Below the pieces are notes generated by a model. That model saw only the letters and a program-made list of their open reading frames with translations. It was not told the origin of the DNA and did no database searches. A stretch of 62,883 nt of DNA, the filler included, from Chiloscyllium plagiosum (lineage: Eukaryota): NCBI RefSeq assembly GCF_004010195.1. It is 5 parts of one record of this genome, joined end to end, with 100 filler letters (N's around TTAATTAATTAA, not from the genome) between each part and the next. Parts side by side here need not be neighbours in the genome. Positions count along the whole stretch, not along the records: positions 1 to 16,411 come from NC_057715.1; positions 16,512 to 22,913 come from NC_057715.1; 3 more parts are not named here. One strand, given 5' to 3'. Below, one piece after another: positions 10,541 through 21,681 of this stretch. Positions within the stretch are counted from its first letter, which is position 1; each line of letters starts with the position of its first letter. The translations under genes and the position numbers were made by a program.

Positions 10541-13500
10541 ACAACCTCAGTTATCCAAACATCAATTATCCAAATTTTGGATTATCCAAACCAGATCTCA
10601 AGGGCCTGTAAAAACGGCATTAGGCAACTCAGATTTGGTGTGCACTGCTGCATAACCAGCAATCTAATTACCACTTTTTTACGATCAGATCAATTATCAG
10701 TTAAATGGCATTAGACAACTCAGCATTGGCATGCATTAGACCATAAGACATAGGAGTGGAAGGCCATTCGGCCCATCAAGTTCACTCCACCTTTCAATCA
10801 TTGCTGATGGGCATTTCAACGCCACTGACCCACACTCTCCCCATATCCCTTAGTTCCTTGTGAGATCAAGAATTTATCAATCTCTGCCCTGAAGACATTT
10901 AACGTCCCGGCCTCCACTGCACTCCGTGGCAATGAATTCCACAGGCCCACCACTCCATGGCTGAAAACATGTCTCCTCATTTCCGTTCTAAATTGACCCT
11001 CTCTAATTCTAAGGCTGTGCCCACAGGTCTTAGGATCCCCGCCTAATGGAAACAAATTCCCAGTGTCCACCCTTTCTAAGCCATGCATTATCTTGTAAGT
11101 TTCTATTAAATCTCCCCTCAACCTTCTAAACTCTAATGAATACAATCCCAGAATCCTCAACCATTCTTTGTATGTTAGGCCTACCATTCCAGGGATCATC
11201 TGTGTGAATCGCTGCTGGACATACTCCAGTGCCAGGATTTTCTTCCTGAGGTGTGGGACACAGTATTCTAAATGGGGCCTAACCAGAGCTTTATAAAGTC
11301 TCAGTAGCACATTGCTGCTTTTACATTCCAACCCTCTTGAGATAAATTACAACATTACATTTGCTTTCTTAACCACGGACTCAACCTGCAAGTCAACCTT
11401 TACAGAATCCCAGACTAGCACTCCCAGATCCCTTCGTGCTTTGGCTTTATGAATTTTCTCACCATTTAGAAAATAGTTTGTCCCTGTATTCTTTTTTCCA
11501 AAGTTTATCAGTCATTTCTTGGACCACTGTTCTAAACTGTCTAAATCTTTCTGCAGCTTCCCTACCTCCTCAGAACTACCTGCCTGTCTGCCTAACTTTG
11601 TGTCATCGGCGAAAAAGAACCTTTTATCCCAACTCTCTACCTTCTGTCAGACAGCCAATCCCCAATCCATGCCTGTAGCTCACCTCAAACACCGTGGGTC
11701 CTCAACCTTACTCAGCAGCCCCGCCGTGAGGTACCTTTTGAAATGTCTTTTGGAAGTCCAGATAGATAACATCCACTGGTTTCCCTGGTCTAACCTACTT
11801 GTTACCTCTTCAAAGAATTCTAACAGGTTTGTCAGGCACGACCTCCTCTTACTAAATCCATGCTGACTTGTTCTATTCTGACCCTGCACTTCCAAGAATT
11901 TAGAAATCTTATCCTTAACGATTCTAGAATTTTATTTACAACCGAGGTTAGGCTAACTGGCCTATAATTTTCCATCTTTTGTCTTGATCTTTTATTAAAC
12001 AAGGGGGTTACAGCATCAATTTTCTAATCATCTGGGGCTTTCCCTGACTCCAGTGATTTTTGCATGATTACAAGCAACGCCTCCGCTGTTTCTTCAGCCA
12101 CCTCCCTCAGAACTCTAGGATGCAGCCAATCTGGGCCAGGAGATTTCTCAATTTTTAGCCCTTTTAGCTTTTCTAGCACTTTCTCTTTTGTAATAGCCAC
12201 CATACTCAACTCTGCCCCTTGACTCTCCTTAATTGTTGGGATATTACTCATGTCTTCCACTGTGAAGACTGACACAAAGTATTTATTAAGTTCTTCAGCT
12301 ATTTCCTTTTCTCCAATCACGAGCCCTCCTGCATCAATTTGGAGCGGCCCAATTTCTACTTTTGCCTCTCATTTGTTTCTTATGTATTGGAAGAAACCTT
12401 TACTTTCACTTCTAATATTACTGGCTAGCTTACCTTCATATTTGATCCTCTTCTTCCTTATTTCTCTCTTTGTTATCCTCTGTTTGTTCTTGTAGTCTTC
12501 CCAATCTTCTAATTTCCCGGGGCTCTTGGCCACTTTATAGGCTCTCTCTTTTTCTGTGATACATTTCCTGACTTCCTTTGTCAGCCATGGCTGTCTATAA
12601 TCCTTCTTTTCTTTGGAATGAACCTCTGTACTGTGTCCTCAATTACACCCAGAAACTCCTGCCATTGTTGCTCTACTGTTATCCCCACTAGGCTCTGCTT
12701 TCAATCGATTTTCGTCAGTTTCTCTCTCATTCCCCTGTAACACCATTACATCTGATTTTGCCTTTTCTTTCAAACTGCAGACTGAACTCTACAATATTAT
12801 GATTGTTGCCTCCGAAGTGTTCGCTTACTTTAAGATCTTTTATAAAGTCTGGCTCATTATAGAGCACTAAGTCCAGAATAGCCTGCTCCCTTGTGGGCTC
12901 CATCACAAGCTGTTCCAAAAAGCCATCCTGTAAGCATTCCATGAATTCCCTTTCTTTGGACCCCCGGCAACATTATTCACCCTGTCCATTTGCATTTTAA
13001 AGTCCCCCATGATCACCGTGACCTTGCCTTTTTGACATGCCTTATCTACTTCCTGGTACATCTTGCACCCTTGGTCCTGATCACTGCTGGGAGGTCCGTA
13101 AATAATTCCCATTATGGTTTTTTTTACCTTTGTGGTTACTTAACTCCACCCACACAGACACCCCATCATCTCACCTACATCATTCATTGTCAGAGATTTA
13201 ATTTCATTCTTAACTAACAAGGCAACCCCACCCCCTATGCCCACCTCCCTGTCTTTTCGATAAGTTGTAAATCCTTGGATGTTTAATTGCCGGTCCTGAA
13301 CCCCCTGCAACCACGTCTCTGTGATGCCTACCACATCATAATCATTCACGATTTCACGATGATTTGTGCTGTTAATTCACCTACTTTGTTCCGAATATTA
13401 CGAGCATTCAGGTAAAGCACCTTAATGCTAATTTTCTTATCCTCATGATTTCCATAATCTCCAGTAATATGTCCTAAGTTTTTCCTTTCTTTTTACTTCA

Positions 13501-14845
13501 TTCCTAATCTGCCTTGAACTTAAACCCTGCACACATACTAACCTGCTACTTATCTTTCTATTTGACTCCATACTCCCTGTTGCTTTCCCTTTCCCTTCCT
13601 TCCGACTCACAAGTTTAAAGTCCAAGTAACCACCCTATTTATCCTTTTCGCCAGAACACTGGTTCCAGATCGGTTTAGGTGGAGACCGTCCCATGAAATG
13701 GAATCCCTCTTTCCCACGCCAATCGCTCAGCCATATGTTTACTTCCCTAATTTTCTTATCCCTATGCCAATTAGCACGTGGCTCGGATAGTAATCCAGAG
13801 ATTATGACTCCCGAGGATCTGTTCTTCAATTTCCTTCCTAGTGCTTGATACTCCCCAAACAGGTCCTCCTTCCTGACCTTGCCTATGTTGTTTGTGCCAA
13901 CATGGACCACAACAACTGGATTTTCTCCAATAACCTTTCAAGCTGGTTGGAGATGTCCTGCACCCTGGCACCAGGCAGGCAATACATCATGCAGGACTCC
14001 CAATCTGGCTCACAAAGGATACTATCTGTCCCCCTAATTATAGAATCCCCTATAACAACCACTTGTCTTTTTGCTCCACCCCTTGAATGGCCTTCGGCAC
14101 CATGGTGTCATGGTCAGCTGGCTCATGCTGTTCACAGCCCTTTTCCTCAAACATATAGGGGGCAAAAATCTCAGACCTGTTGGACAAGGTCAAAGGATAA
14201 GGCTCCTCCACTCCTGAACTCAGGATCCCCCTACCTGCCTCACTTACAGTCACACCTTGTTCCTGATCGCTAACTGAATTTGAATTACTTAATTGGCCAG
14301 GTGTGACTGTCTCCTGAAACAAAGCGTCCAGGTAACTCTCCCCCTCCCGGATGTGCCGCAGATTAGAAGCTCAGATTCCATATAATCAATTCTGAGCCGA
14401 AGTTCTTCCAGAAACTAACGCTTGCTGCAGATGTGGTCACTGCCGTTCACAATGGGATCAGCCAGCTCCCACATCATACAGCTACAGCACATCACCTGTC
14501 CAGCCATCTCTACTTCTTGAATTAATTTATACAAATTTATGAATTAAATCATTTCTCGTATTTCTCTGTTGTCTTATTTAACTAACCAACTAATAGTAAA
14601 CTTTTAATCAATCACACGATACACAAGAAATATCAATTGAAACGCCTTACCTTAGCAACACACGAGAGCCCTTTTTTTTGGTTAGAGGAGGAGTGCAGAT
14701 GGGAAAGAGGATTCAGCCACATTGCCAAATAACCGATCATGTTCGGATAACTGGCACTCACAAGTTACCACTGGTTTATGATCAGATCAGTTATCTGAAC
14801 AAAATACTCCCCGCCTGTCTCGTTCAGATAATTAAGGTGTAAACA
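10538..14845. mobile_element. Tigger/pogo-like MITE split by a CR1 insertion (halves about 10538-10735 and 14710-14845)
   Basis: Left end aacctcagttatccaaac and right end gttcagataattaaggt are imperfect inverted repeats; internal ttatccaa/ttcggataa motifs occur in both halves. Confidence 0.55.
10737..14705 (-). mobile_element. Near full-length CR1 LINE, decayed (5' leader, ORF1 zinc finger + esterase, ORF2 APE + RT, 3' UTR)
   Basis: ORF1 ATG at 14507 MAGQVMCCSCMMWE; VHVGTNNIG (13635-13910); DVVGITETWLQ (13140-13349); [58 protein letters not shown]. Part of the RT core is deleted. Confidence 0.95.
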
Positions 14846-15445
14846 GCAGTGTAAAGGACGATCACCTTTAATATATGAAAGATTGTCCAGCAGACTAATA
14901 ACAGTGGGGAAAAATCTGCTCTTAATTTATGTGTTTTCAAAATTTTGTATCTTCTGCCTGATGGAAGAGGGTGAGAGTATAACCAGGGTGGAAGGTGCTT
15001 TTTCCTAAGGCAGCAGAAAGTATAGATATAGTCAATGGATGGAACAATGGTTTGAAATGAATGACTGGGCTGAATTCATAATTCTCTGTAATTTCTTGGG
15101 GTCTTGGGGAGAGCAGTTGTCATTTCAAGCTGTAATGCATCCAAATAGGATGCTTTCTATGATGCATCTATAAAAATTTGTAAGAGTCATTGCAGACATG
15201 CCAGATTTCCTTAGTCTTCTAAGGAAGTAGAGCTGTTGGTGTGCTTTCTTGACTGTCGTGTCGATGTGAATGGACTAGGATAGATTGTCAGTGAACTTTA
15301 CTCCGAAGAATTTGAAGCTGTTAGTCATCTTCATGTCAGCACCATTAACATAGACAGGGGAGTGTTCTCCATTCTGCTTCTTGAGTTGATGATTAACTCT
15401 TTTGCTTTGTTACACTGATAGATAGATAGTTGTTTTTATACCATG
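14845..15445 (-). mobile_element. Rex1/Babar-like LINE RT C-terminal fragment
   Basis: Reverse complement translates to SFKFFGV..VKKAHQQLYFLRRLRKSG..LTNFYRCIIESIL, typical of the Rex1 clade. Confidence 0.8.
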
Positions 15446-15479
15446 ACTCTAAGCTCTCTAACTCTTACCTTTACTCTGT

Positions 15480-15980
15480 CTTGTCATGATATTGGCCAGA
15501 CTGAAAAAAACAGCAGCAGACTGTTGGCAATCTGGAAGAACTGCACCTCATTTTCCGCTTGGAGACGCTGCAAATTTCTGGACTCAGAATCAAGTTCAAC
15601 AATTTTAGCGCTTCAGAATCTCTCCCATGTCCTTACCCCAATTCAGTCACACCAGGCCTTGTTTGTGGTAGCAACCCATGTGATGACAACTCATTGACAG
15701 CTCCTAATAGTCCCAATTGGCAGCTATTCATTCTCCTAGGATGACCTTTACCCCATCCTTTATCTGTCCAACTGTTTTTTTTTCTCCCTTGGGCACTTAT
15801 CTCCACCTATCATTACTCCTACCGCCTCCTCCCACCCCATCTTCTGCATAAATACCAACCTTAAGTTCTGAAGGTACCTGAAACATTTATTCTGATTTAT
15901 TTCCATAGATGCTGTCAGACCTGCTGAGTTTTTCCAGCAATTTCAGTTGCTTCTGATTTCCAGCAGTTGCTGTTCTGTTT
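15480..15980 (+). mobile_element. PLE 3' region (GIY-YIG C-terminus and terminus), decayed
   Basis: LEELHLIFRLETLQISGLRIKFNNF followed by gatgctgtcagacctgctgagtttttccagc terminus. Confidence 0.75.
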
Positions 15981-16171
15981 ACTGAACAATAGCCAGATTT
16001 GGGCTGACAAGTGGCAAGTCAGATTAGTACAACTAGATGCCAGGCAACGATTGCTTCCAACAAAAAAATTTAACCATCACCCATTAACATCCAACCACAT
16101 TACTACTGCTGAATCCCCCACAATGAACAGCTGGGAGTCACCATTGACCAGAAACCGAACTGGATTCACCA
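15980..16171 (+). mobile_element. CR1/L2-group LINE (second family) fragment
   Basis: IWADKWQV..HHPLTSN..AESPT..GVTIDQKPNW. Confidence 0.75.
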
Positions 16172-16411
16172 TAGCACAAACAGAGTTGTTGTCTCTGGTT
16201 TGTTACCCGTGCCACGTGATAGAGAGTCGAGGAATAGGGAGAGAGAACAGCTAAATGCGTGGCTACAGGGATGGTGCAGGAGGGAGAGATTCCGGTATTT
16301 GGATAACTGGGGTTCTTTCTGGGGAAGGTGGGACCTCTATAAGCAGGATGGTCTACACCTGAACCTTAGGGGCACCAGTATCCTTGGCGGGAGGTTTGCT
16401 AGTGCTCTTGG
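16172..16411 (+). mobile_element. CR1 ORF1 esterase C-terminal fragment (young), ends at gap
   Basis: VVVSGLLPVPR..LNAWLQGWCRRERFRYLDNWGSFWGRWDLYKQDGLHLN. Confidence 0.9.
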
Positions 16412-16511
16412 NNNNNNNNNNNNNNNNNNNNNNNNNNNNNNNNNNNNNNNNNNNNTTAATTAATTAANNNNNNNNNNNNNNNNNNNNNNNNNNNNNNNNN
16501 NNNNNNNNNNN
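16412..16511. other. Assembly linker 44N-TTAATTAATTAA-44N (also at 22914-23013, 44706-44805, 58928-59027)
   Basis: Identical 100-nt structure four times; the palindromic 12-mer puts TAA stops in all six frames. Confidence 0.97.
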
Positions 16512-16786
16512 TGGTTGGTCCGGGTGTCCCAGAGGTGTTCTCTGAAACATTCCGCAAGTAGGCGGCCTGTCTTCCACCTATCGCATTTCCAACGCCCCTC
16601 CCCCAAGTCCCTCCTCCCTACCTTTTATCTTAGCCTGCTGGACACACTTTCCTCATTCCTGAAGAAGGGCTTATGCCTGAAACGTCGATTCTCCTGTTCC
16701 TTGGATGCTGCCTGACCTGCTGCGCTTTTCCAGCAATACATTTTCAGCTCTGATCTCCAGCATCTGCAGCCCTCACTTTCTCCTCG
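16512..16786 (+). mobile_element. Young PLE end: inverted GIY-YIG piece (16512-16572, minus) joined to plus-strand 3' terminus with hammerhead motif
   Basis: Both parts closely match the PLE at 41899-42889; CTGAAGAAGGGCTTATGCCTGAAACGTC at 16659-16686; full tail ..ctcactttctcct. Confidence 0.9.
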
Positions 16787-16877
16787 GTTTCATAAGCAGC
16801 CAATCAAACTGTAAACCACTGTGATCGAAGGATTCTCAGTCACCAAAATAAAATCGACATTGGATTGAGCTATTATT

Positions 16878-17163
16878 ATGGCACGGTGGCTCAGTGATTA
16901 CCACTGCTGCCTCGCAGCGCCAGGGACCCGGGTTCGATTCCAGCTTCAGGTGACCGTCTGTGTGGAGTTTGCACATTCTCCCTGTGTCTGCATGGGTTTC
17001 CTCCCACAGTCCAAAGGTCAGGTGAATGGCCATGCTAAATTGCCCATAGTGATAGATGCATTCGTAGGGAGTAGGGGAATGGGTCTGGGTGGGTTGGAAA
17101 ATTTGGTGTGGACTTGTTGGGCTGAAGGGCCTGTTTCCACACTGTAGGGAATCTAATCTAATC
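16878..17163 (+). mobile_element. HE1-type SINE
   Basis: tRNA-like head (tggctcagtgatt A box, ggttcgattcc B box), V-domain tgtgtggagtttgcacattctccc, CR1-type tail with (tctaa)n. Confidence 0.92.
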
Positions 17164-17489
17164 ACACTGGCTTAAAATATCTACATTTTGGTCTGGAAGC
17201 CATAAACTTTCCAAGTTGTCAAGACTCCATAAACTAACAGATTTTCTCCTTCAAGTTCAAACCTGACTGAGAATAAACATTGATATCTTGTGATTTACAG
17301 GCTTGGAATGATGCTGCCGAAACACCCTGGCTGTGGAGGTGAGATGAGTCCATTGCTAACACATGCATGCTGTATTGTGCCCAATAAAAAAAAAATTGCA
17401 TTTATGTAAAACCTTTCATGATCCCAGGAAATTCCAAAGCAATAGTGAATAAGGTGAAGTCATGGTAGTGTGGGAAATATGGTGAAACA

Positions 17490-17701
17490 ATGTTAGGGGT
17501 AGGTTCTTTACTCAGCGAGTCGTGAGTTCATGGAATGCCCTGCCAGTAGCAGTGGTGGACTCTTCCTCTTTATGGGTATTTAAGCGGGCATTGGATAGGC
17601 ATATGGAGGATAGTGGGCTAGTGTAGGTTAGGTGGGCTTGGATCGGCGCAACATCGAGGGCCAAAGGGCCTGTACTGCGATGTATTCTTCTATGTTCTAT
17701 A
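17490..17701 (+). mobile_element. Young 5'-truncated CR1 3' end
   Basis: FFTQRVVSSWNALP and tail gggcctgtactgcgatgtattcttctatgttctat; same family as 60001-60098. Confidence 0.9.
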
Positions 17702-18272
17702 TAAATACAAAGGCTACAAGAACTGGCCAGAGACTAGGAATCATGCAGTGAATAACTCAACACCTGACTCCCAAAGCCTGTCCACCATTTATAAGGCACA
17801 GGAGCGTGATGTAATACTCCCCACTTGCCTGGATGAGTGTACCTCCAACAACACTCAAGAACCATGGCACCATCCAAGACAAACCAGCCGCATGACTGCT
17901 ATCACATCCACCACCAACACTTAGCAACAGCAGTGTTAACGATCTACAGAATGCAATGCAAGAATTCACCGATTCTGACACACCTTCCAAATCCATTAGG
18001 CGGAAGTGGGTACTGGAAAAGCAAGCAGGTTAGGTAGCATCCGAGGAGCAGGAAGATCAACGTTTCGGGCAGGAGCCCTTCATCAGGAATGAGGCTGGGA
18101 GCCTCAGAAGTGGAGAGAGCCATTTATCTCTCCATCTCCAAGGCTCCCAGCCTCATTCCTGATGAAGGGCTCCTACCCGAAACGTTGATTTTCCTGCTTC
18201 TCAGATGCTGCCTGGCCTGCTGTGCTTTTCCAGCACCACTCTAACCTTCCAAACCCATATCCACTTGCATTT
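17702..18272 (+). mobile_element. CR1/L2-group LINE (second family) 3' fragment, interrupted at 17997-18243
   Basis: LTPKSLSTIYKAQ..RSVM*YSPLAWMS..IQDK-like sequence. Confidence 0.8.
17997..18243. mobile_element. Fold-back PLE-terminus element with two head-to-head hammerhead motifs
   Basis: Plus CTGATGAAGGGCTCCTACCCGAAACGTT at 18159-18186; minus CTGATGAAGGGCTCCTGCCCGAAACGTT at 18059-18086; flanking repeat accttccaaa(t/c)ccat at 17982-17996 and 18244-18258. Confidence 0.88.
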
Positions 18273-18276
18273 TATG

Positions 18277-18578
18277 GTTAGATTCCCTCCAGTGTGAAAA
18301 CAGGCCCTTCGGCCCAACAAGTCCACACCGACCCTCCGAACAGCAACCCACCTAGACCCACTTCTCTACATTCACCCCTGACTAATGCACCTAACACTAT
18401 GGGCAATTTCCCATGGCCAATTCACCCAACCTGCACATCTTTGGATTGTGGGAGGAAACCTATGCAGACATGGGGAGAATGTGCAAACTCCACACAGTCA
18501 GTCGCCCGAGGCTGGAGTCAAACCCAGGTCCCTGGCGCTGTGAGGCAGCAGTGCTAACCACTTAGCCACCGTGCAGCC
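18277..18578 (-). mobile_element. HE1-type SINE
   Basis: Reverse complement of HE1 head, V-domain and tail. Confidence 0.92.
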
Positions 18579-18882
18579 CTGGATTGTAGGAAATCCAACT
18601 GAGCAGAAATTTCTTCAAAGTGTTGTGAATGTTCAGATATCTGCAACCTTGAAGTGTGTATCTTGAAAACTATTTTATGGCGTAGACAGATATTCTTTCA
18701 GGGAGTTAAACCAAGCGGATGGGAAAGGCCAATTCCACGTGCTGATTCGGAAGTCATCAAACTGGACTGGAAACGATAACTCTTTCTCTCTCCAAAGATG
18801 CTGACAAACCTGCTGAGTTTCTGTCGGACTTTGCACTTTTATTACATATTTACAGTTTCGGTGGTATTTTGCGTTTATTTAC

Positions 18883-19310
18883 CTAGTATTGAAGGGCTAG
18901 GATGTAGGCCAGCTCTGGGTTTTTAAGGTGTCTTTTGGCGTCCGAGTGTAAGTTTTCAGGCGTTTGCCTGCAACGACGATGCCTGGTGATGGCCTCCAGC
19001 ACCATATCCCACCTTCCCCCACTTTTGTCGGCATTTTTACATTCAATTTGTTGGCCATATCGTGTTTTCTCCCATCTGCTGCGATCCTTCAGTGGCAAGG
19101 GTGAAAGGATCCGGCCTGCGAAGGTGAGAGTGAGCTCGCGCCACAAGACGGGGCCGCGCACAACCCTCACCAACCGCCACTGAGAGCGCGGCAAAACAGC
19201 GCACACTGATTGGGCGGGAGGAGAGGCGCGAGCTGAACGGCTGCCCAAAGAGCGCGCGAAGGAGGTTGACTCCTGATTGGAGGAGCAGCTCCCCGGGGAA
19301 TTCTCCACAC
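18883..19310. promoter_or_regulatory. CpG-rich promoter/first-exon-like island
   Basis: Apparently non-repetitive and CpG-dense; CTGATTGG (reverse CCAAT) with ATTGG at 19209 and 19276; GC box GGGCGGG at 19212; minus-strand donor TAG|GTAAAT at 18883/18882. Confidence 0.6.
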
Positions 19311-20185
19311 CTCCACCCCACGCAGGATCCCATCACCCCAACCTCTTAAACCCCCATCACCATACACCCCCACTCCCATCACCATACCCCCACATAACCC
19401 CCCACTCCCATTAACACACACCCNNNNNNNNNNNNNNNNNNNNNNNNNNNNNNNNNNNNNNNNNNNNNNNNNNNNNNNNNNNNNNNNNNNNNNNNNNNNN
19501 NNNNNNNNNNNNNNNNNNNNNNNNNNNNNNNNNNNNNNNNNNNNNNNNNNNNNNNNNNNNNNNNNNNNNNNNNNNNNNNNNNNNNNNNNNNNNNNNNNNN
19601 NNNNNNNNNNNNNNNNNNNNNNNNNNNNNNNNNNNNNNNNNNNNNNNNNNNNNNNNNNNNNNNNNNNNNNNNNNNNNNNNNNNNNNNNNNNNNNNNNNNN
19701 NNNNNNNNNNNNNNNNNNNNNNNNNNNNNNNNNNNNNNNNNNNNNNNNNNNNNNNNNNNNNNNNNNNNNNNNNNNNNNNNNNNNNNNNNNNNNNNNNNNN
19801 NNNNNNNNNNNNNNNNNNNNNNNNNNNNNNNNNNNNNNNNNNNNNNNNNNNNNNNNNNNNNNNNNNNNNNNNNNNNNNNNNNNNNNNNNNNNNNNNNNNN
19901 NNNNNNNNNNNNNNNNNNNNNNNNNNNNNNNNNNNNNNNNNNNNNNNNNNNNNNNNNNNNNNNNNNNNNNNNNNNNNNNNNNNNNNNNNNNNNNNNNNNN
20001 NNNNNNNNNNNNNNNNNNNNNNNNNNNNNNNNNNNNNNNNNNNNNNNNNNNNNNNNNNNNNNNNNNNNNNNNNNNNNNNNNNNNNNNNNNNNNNNNNNNN
20101 NNNNNNNNNNNNNNNNNNNNNNNNNNNNNNNNNNNNNNNNNNNNNNNNNNNNNNNNNNNCACCCCATCCCCAACACACACACATA
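19305..20185. repeat. C/A-rich tandem repeat flanking a 736-N gap (19424-20159)
   Basis: Repeated ccccatcaccatac/ccccactcccat units before the gap; accccatccccaacacacac after it. Confidence 0.7.
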
Positions 20186-20544
20186 TACAAACCTTGAACT
20201 ACCATCTCTTTATGATTATGCCTGGGAAGGAGACAATGCAGTGAAATGTGAAAGTCACTCATGTTGATTATGAAGGAATGAAAGGTTTGTCACTGAAGCA
20301 GGACCTGGATGAAGAGATGATGACAGCAACCTTCCTCTTCACAGATCACTCAGTCTGGGAGTTGCACCTCAAATTTCAGAACCATTTGTAAGTGTAAGTT
20401 GGATTCTTCAACAAAAGCTTCAACAAATAGCTCCCATCACCTGTGTGCAGGTCGTCTTGAAAGAAACGTTCTCTTTCCCTTGCTTGCAAGGTGAGCAAGT
20501 GATACCCAAGTGCTAATGTGCTCGTAATTTTTCGTTAATATGTA

Positions 20545-21681
20545 GAACGGCATCCATTTTAGATGTTTCAGTAAGAACAGGGAAGGTGGTAAAAGAGGAG
20601 GAGGTGTGACATTATTAATCAGACAGTATTACAGTGGCAGAAAGGATGTTTCTGGTGGATTCGTCTACTGAAGTAGTATAGGCTGAGGTTAGAAACAGAA
20701 AAGGAGAGGTCATCCTGTTGGGAGTTTTCTATAGGCATCTAGAAAGTTCCAGAGGAAAGGATTGCAAAGATGATTTTGGCTGGGAGTGAAAGTAACAGAG
20801 TAGTTGTTATGGGGGCCTTTAACTTTCCAAATATTGACTGGAAACACTGTAATTCAAGTACATTAGATGGATCGGTTTTTGTCCAATGTGTGCAGGAGGG
20901 TCTCCTGACACAGTATGTAGAAAGGCCAACAAGAAGCGAGGCCATATTGGATTTGATACTGGGTAATAAACCAGGCCATGTGCTAGATTTGGAGGTAGGT
21001 GAGCACTTTGGTGGTAATGATCACAATTTGGTTACGTTTACTTTAGCGATGGGAAGGATTAGGTATATACCACAGGGCAAGAGTTCTAGCTGGGGAAAGG
21101 CAATTATGATGCGATTAGGCAAAATTTAGGATGCATAGGATAGGGAAGAAAACTGCAGGAGATGGGCACAATTGAAATGTGGAGCTTGTTCAACGAATAG
21201 CTACTGCATGTCCTTGATAAGTATGTACCTGTCAGACAGGGAGAAAATGGTCGAGTGAAGGAACTGTGATTTACTAAAGAAGTTGAAACTCTTGTCAAGA
21301 GGAAGAAGGAGGCTAATGTAAAGATGAGATGTGAAGGCTCAGGGCACTTGAGAGTTACAATTTAGCAGGAAGGACCTAAAGAGAGAGCTAAGAAGAGCCA
21401 GGAGGGCATATAAGAAGTCTTTGGTAGGTGGGATCAAGGAAAACTCAAAAGCTTTCTATAGGTATGTCAAGAATAAAAGAATGACTAGAGTAAGATTAGG
21501 GCCTGTCAAGCAAAGTAGTGGGAAGTTGGCACATGGAGTCCGAACGGATACAAGAGGCACTAAATGAAAACTTTTTGTCATTGTTCACACTGGAAAAAGA
21601 CAATTTTGATGAGGACAATACTGAGATACAGGTAACTAGATTAGATGGGATTGAGATTCACAAGGTATTAACAATTCTGGA
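20545..21681 (+). mobile_element. CR1 ORF2 fragment (APE and linker), cut by L1 insertion
   Basis: RVVVMGAFNFPNIDW..LTQYVERPTRSEAILDLILGN..HFGGNDHN; KAFYRYVKNKRMTR. Confidence 0.92.

Noticed and set aside
7400..18272. One LINE copy split into colinear pieces at 7400-7952, 15980-16171 and 17702-18272, supporting contig order across the first linker
   Set aside because: Pieces are colinear, but older and apparently unique sequence lies between them (17170-17480), so separate copies are equally plausible.
19167..20262. Long ORFs of 267-337 aa
   Set aside because: Almost entirely X from the N gap.
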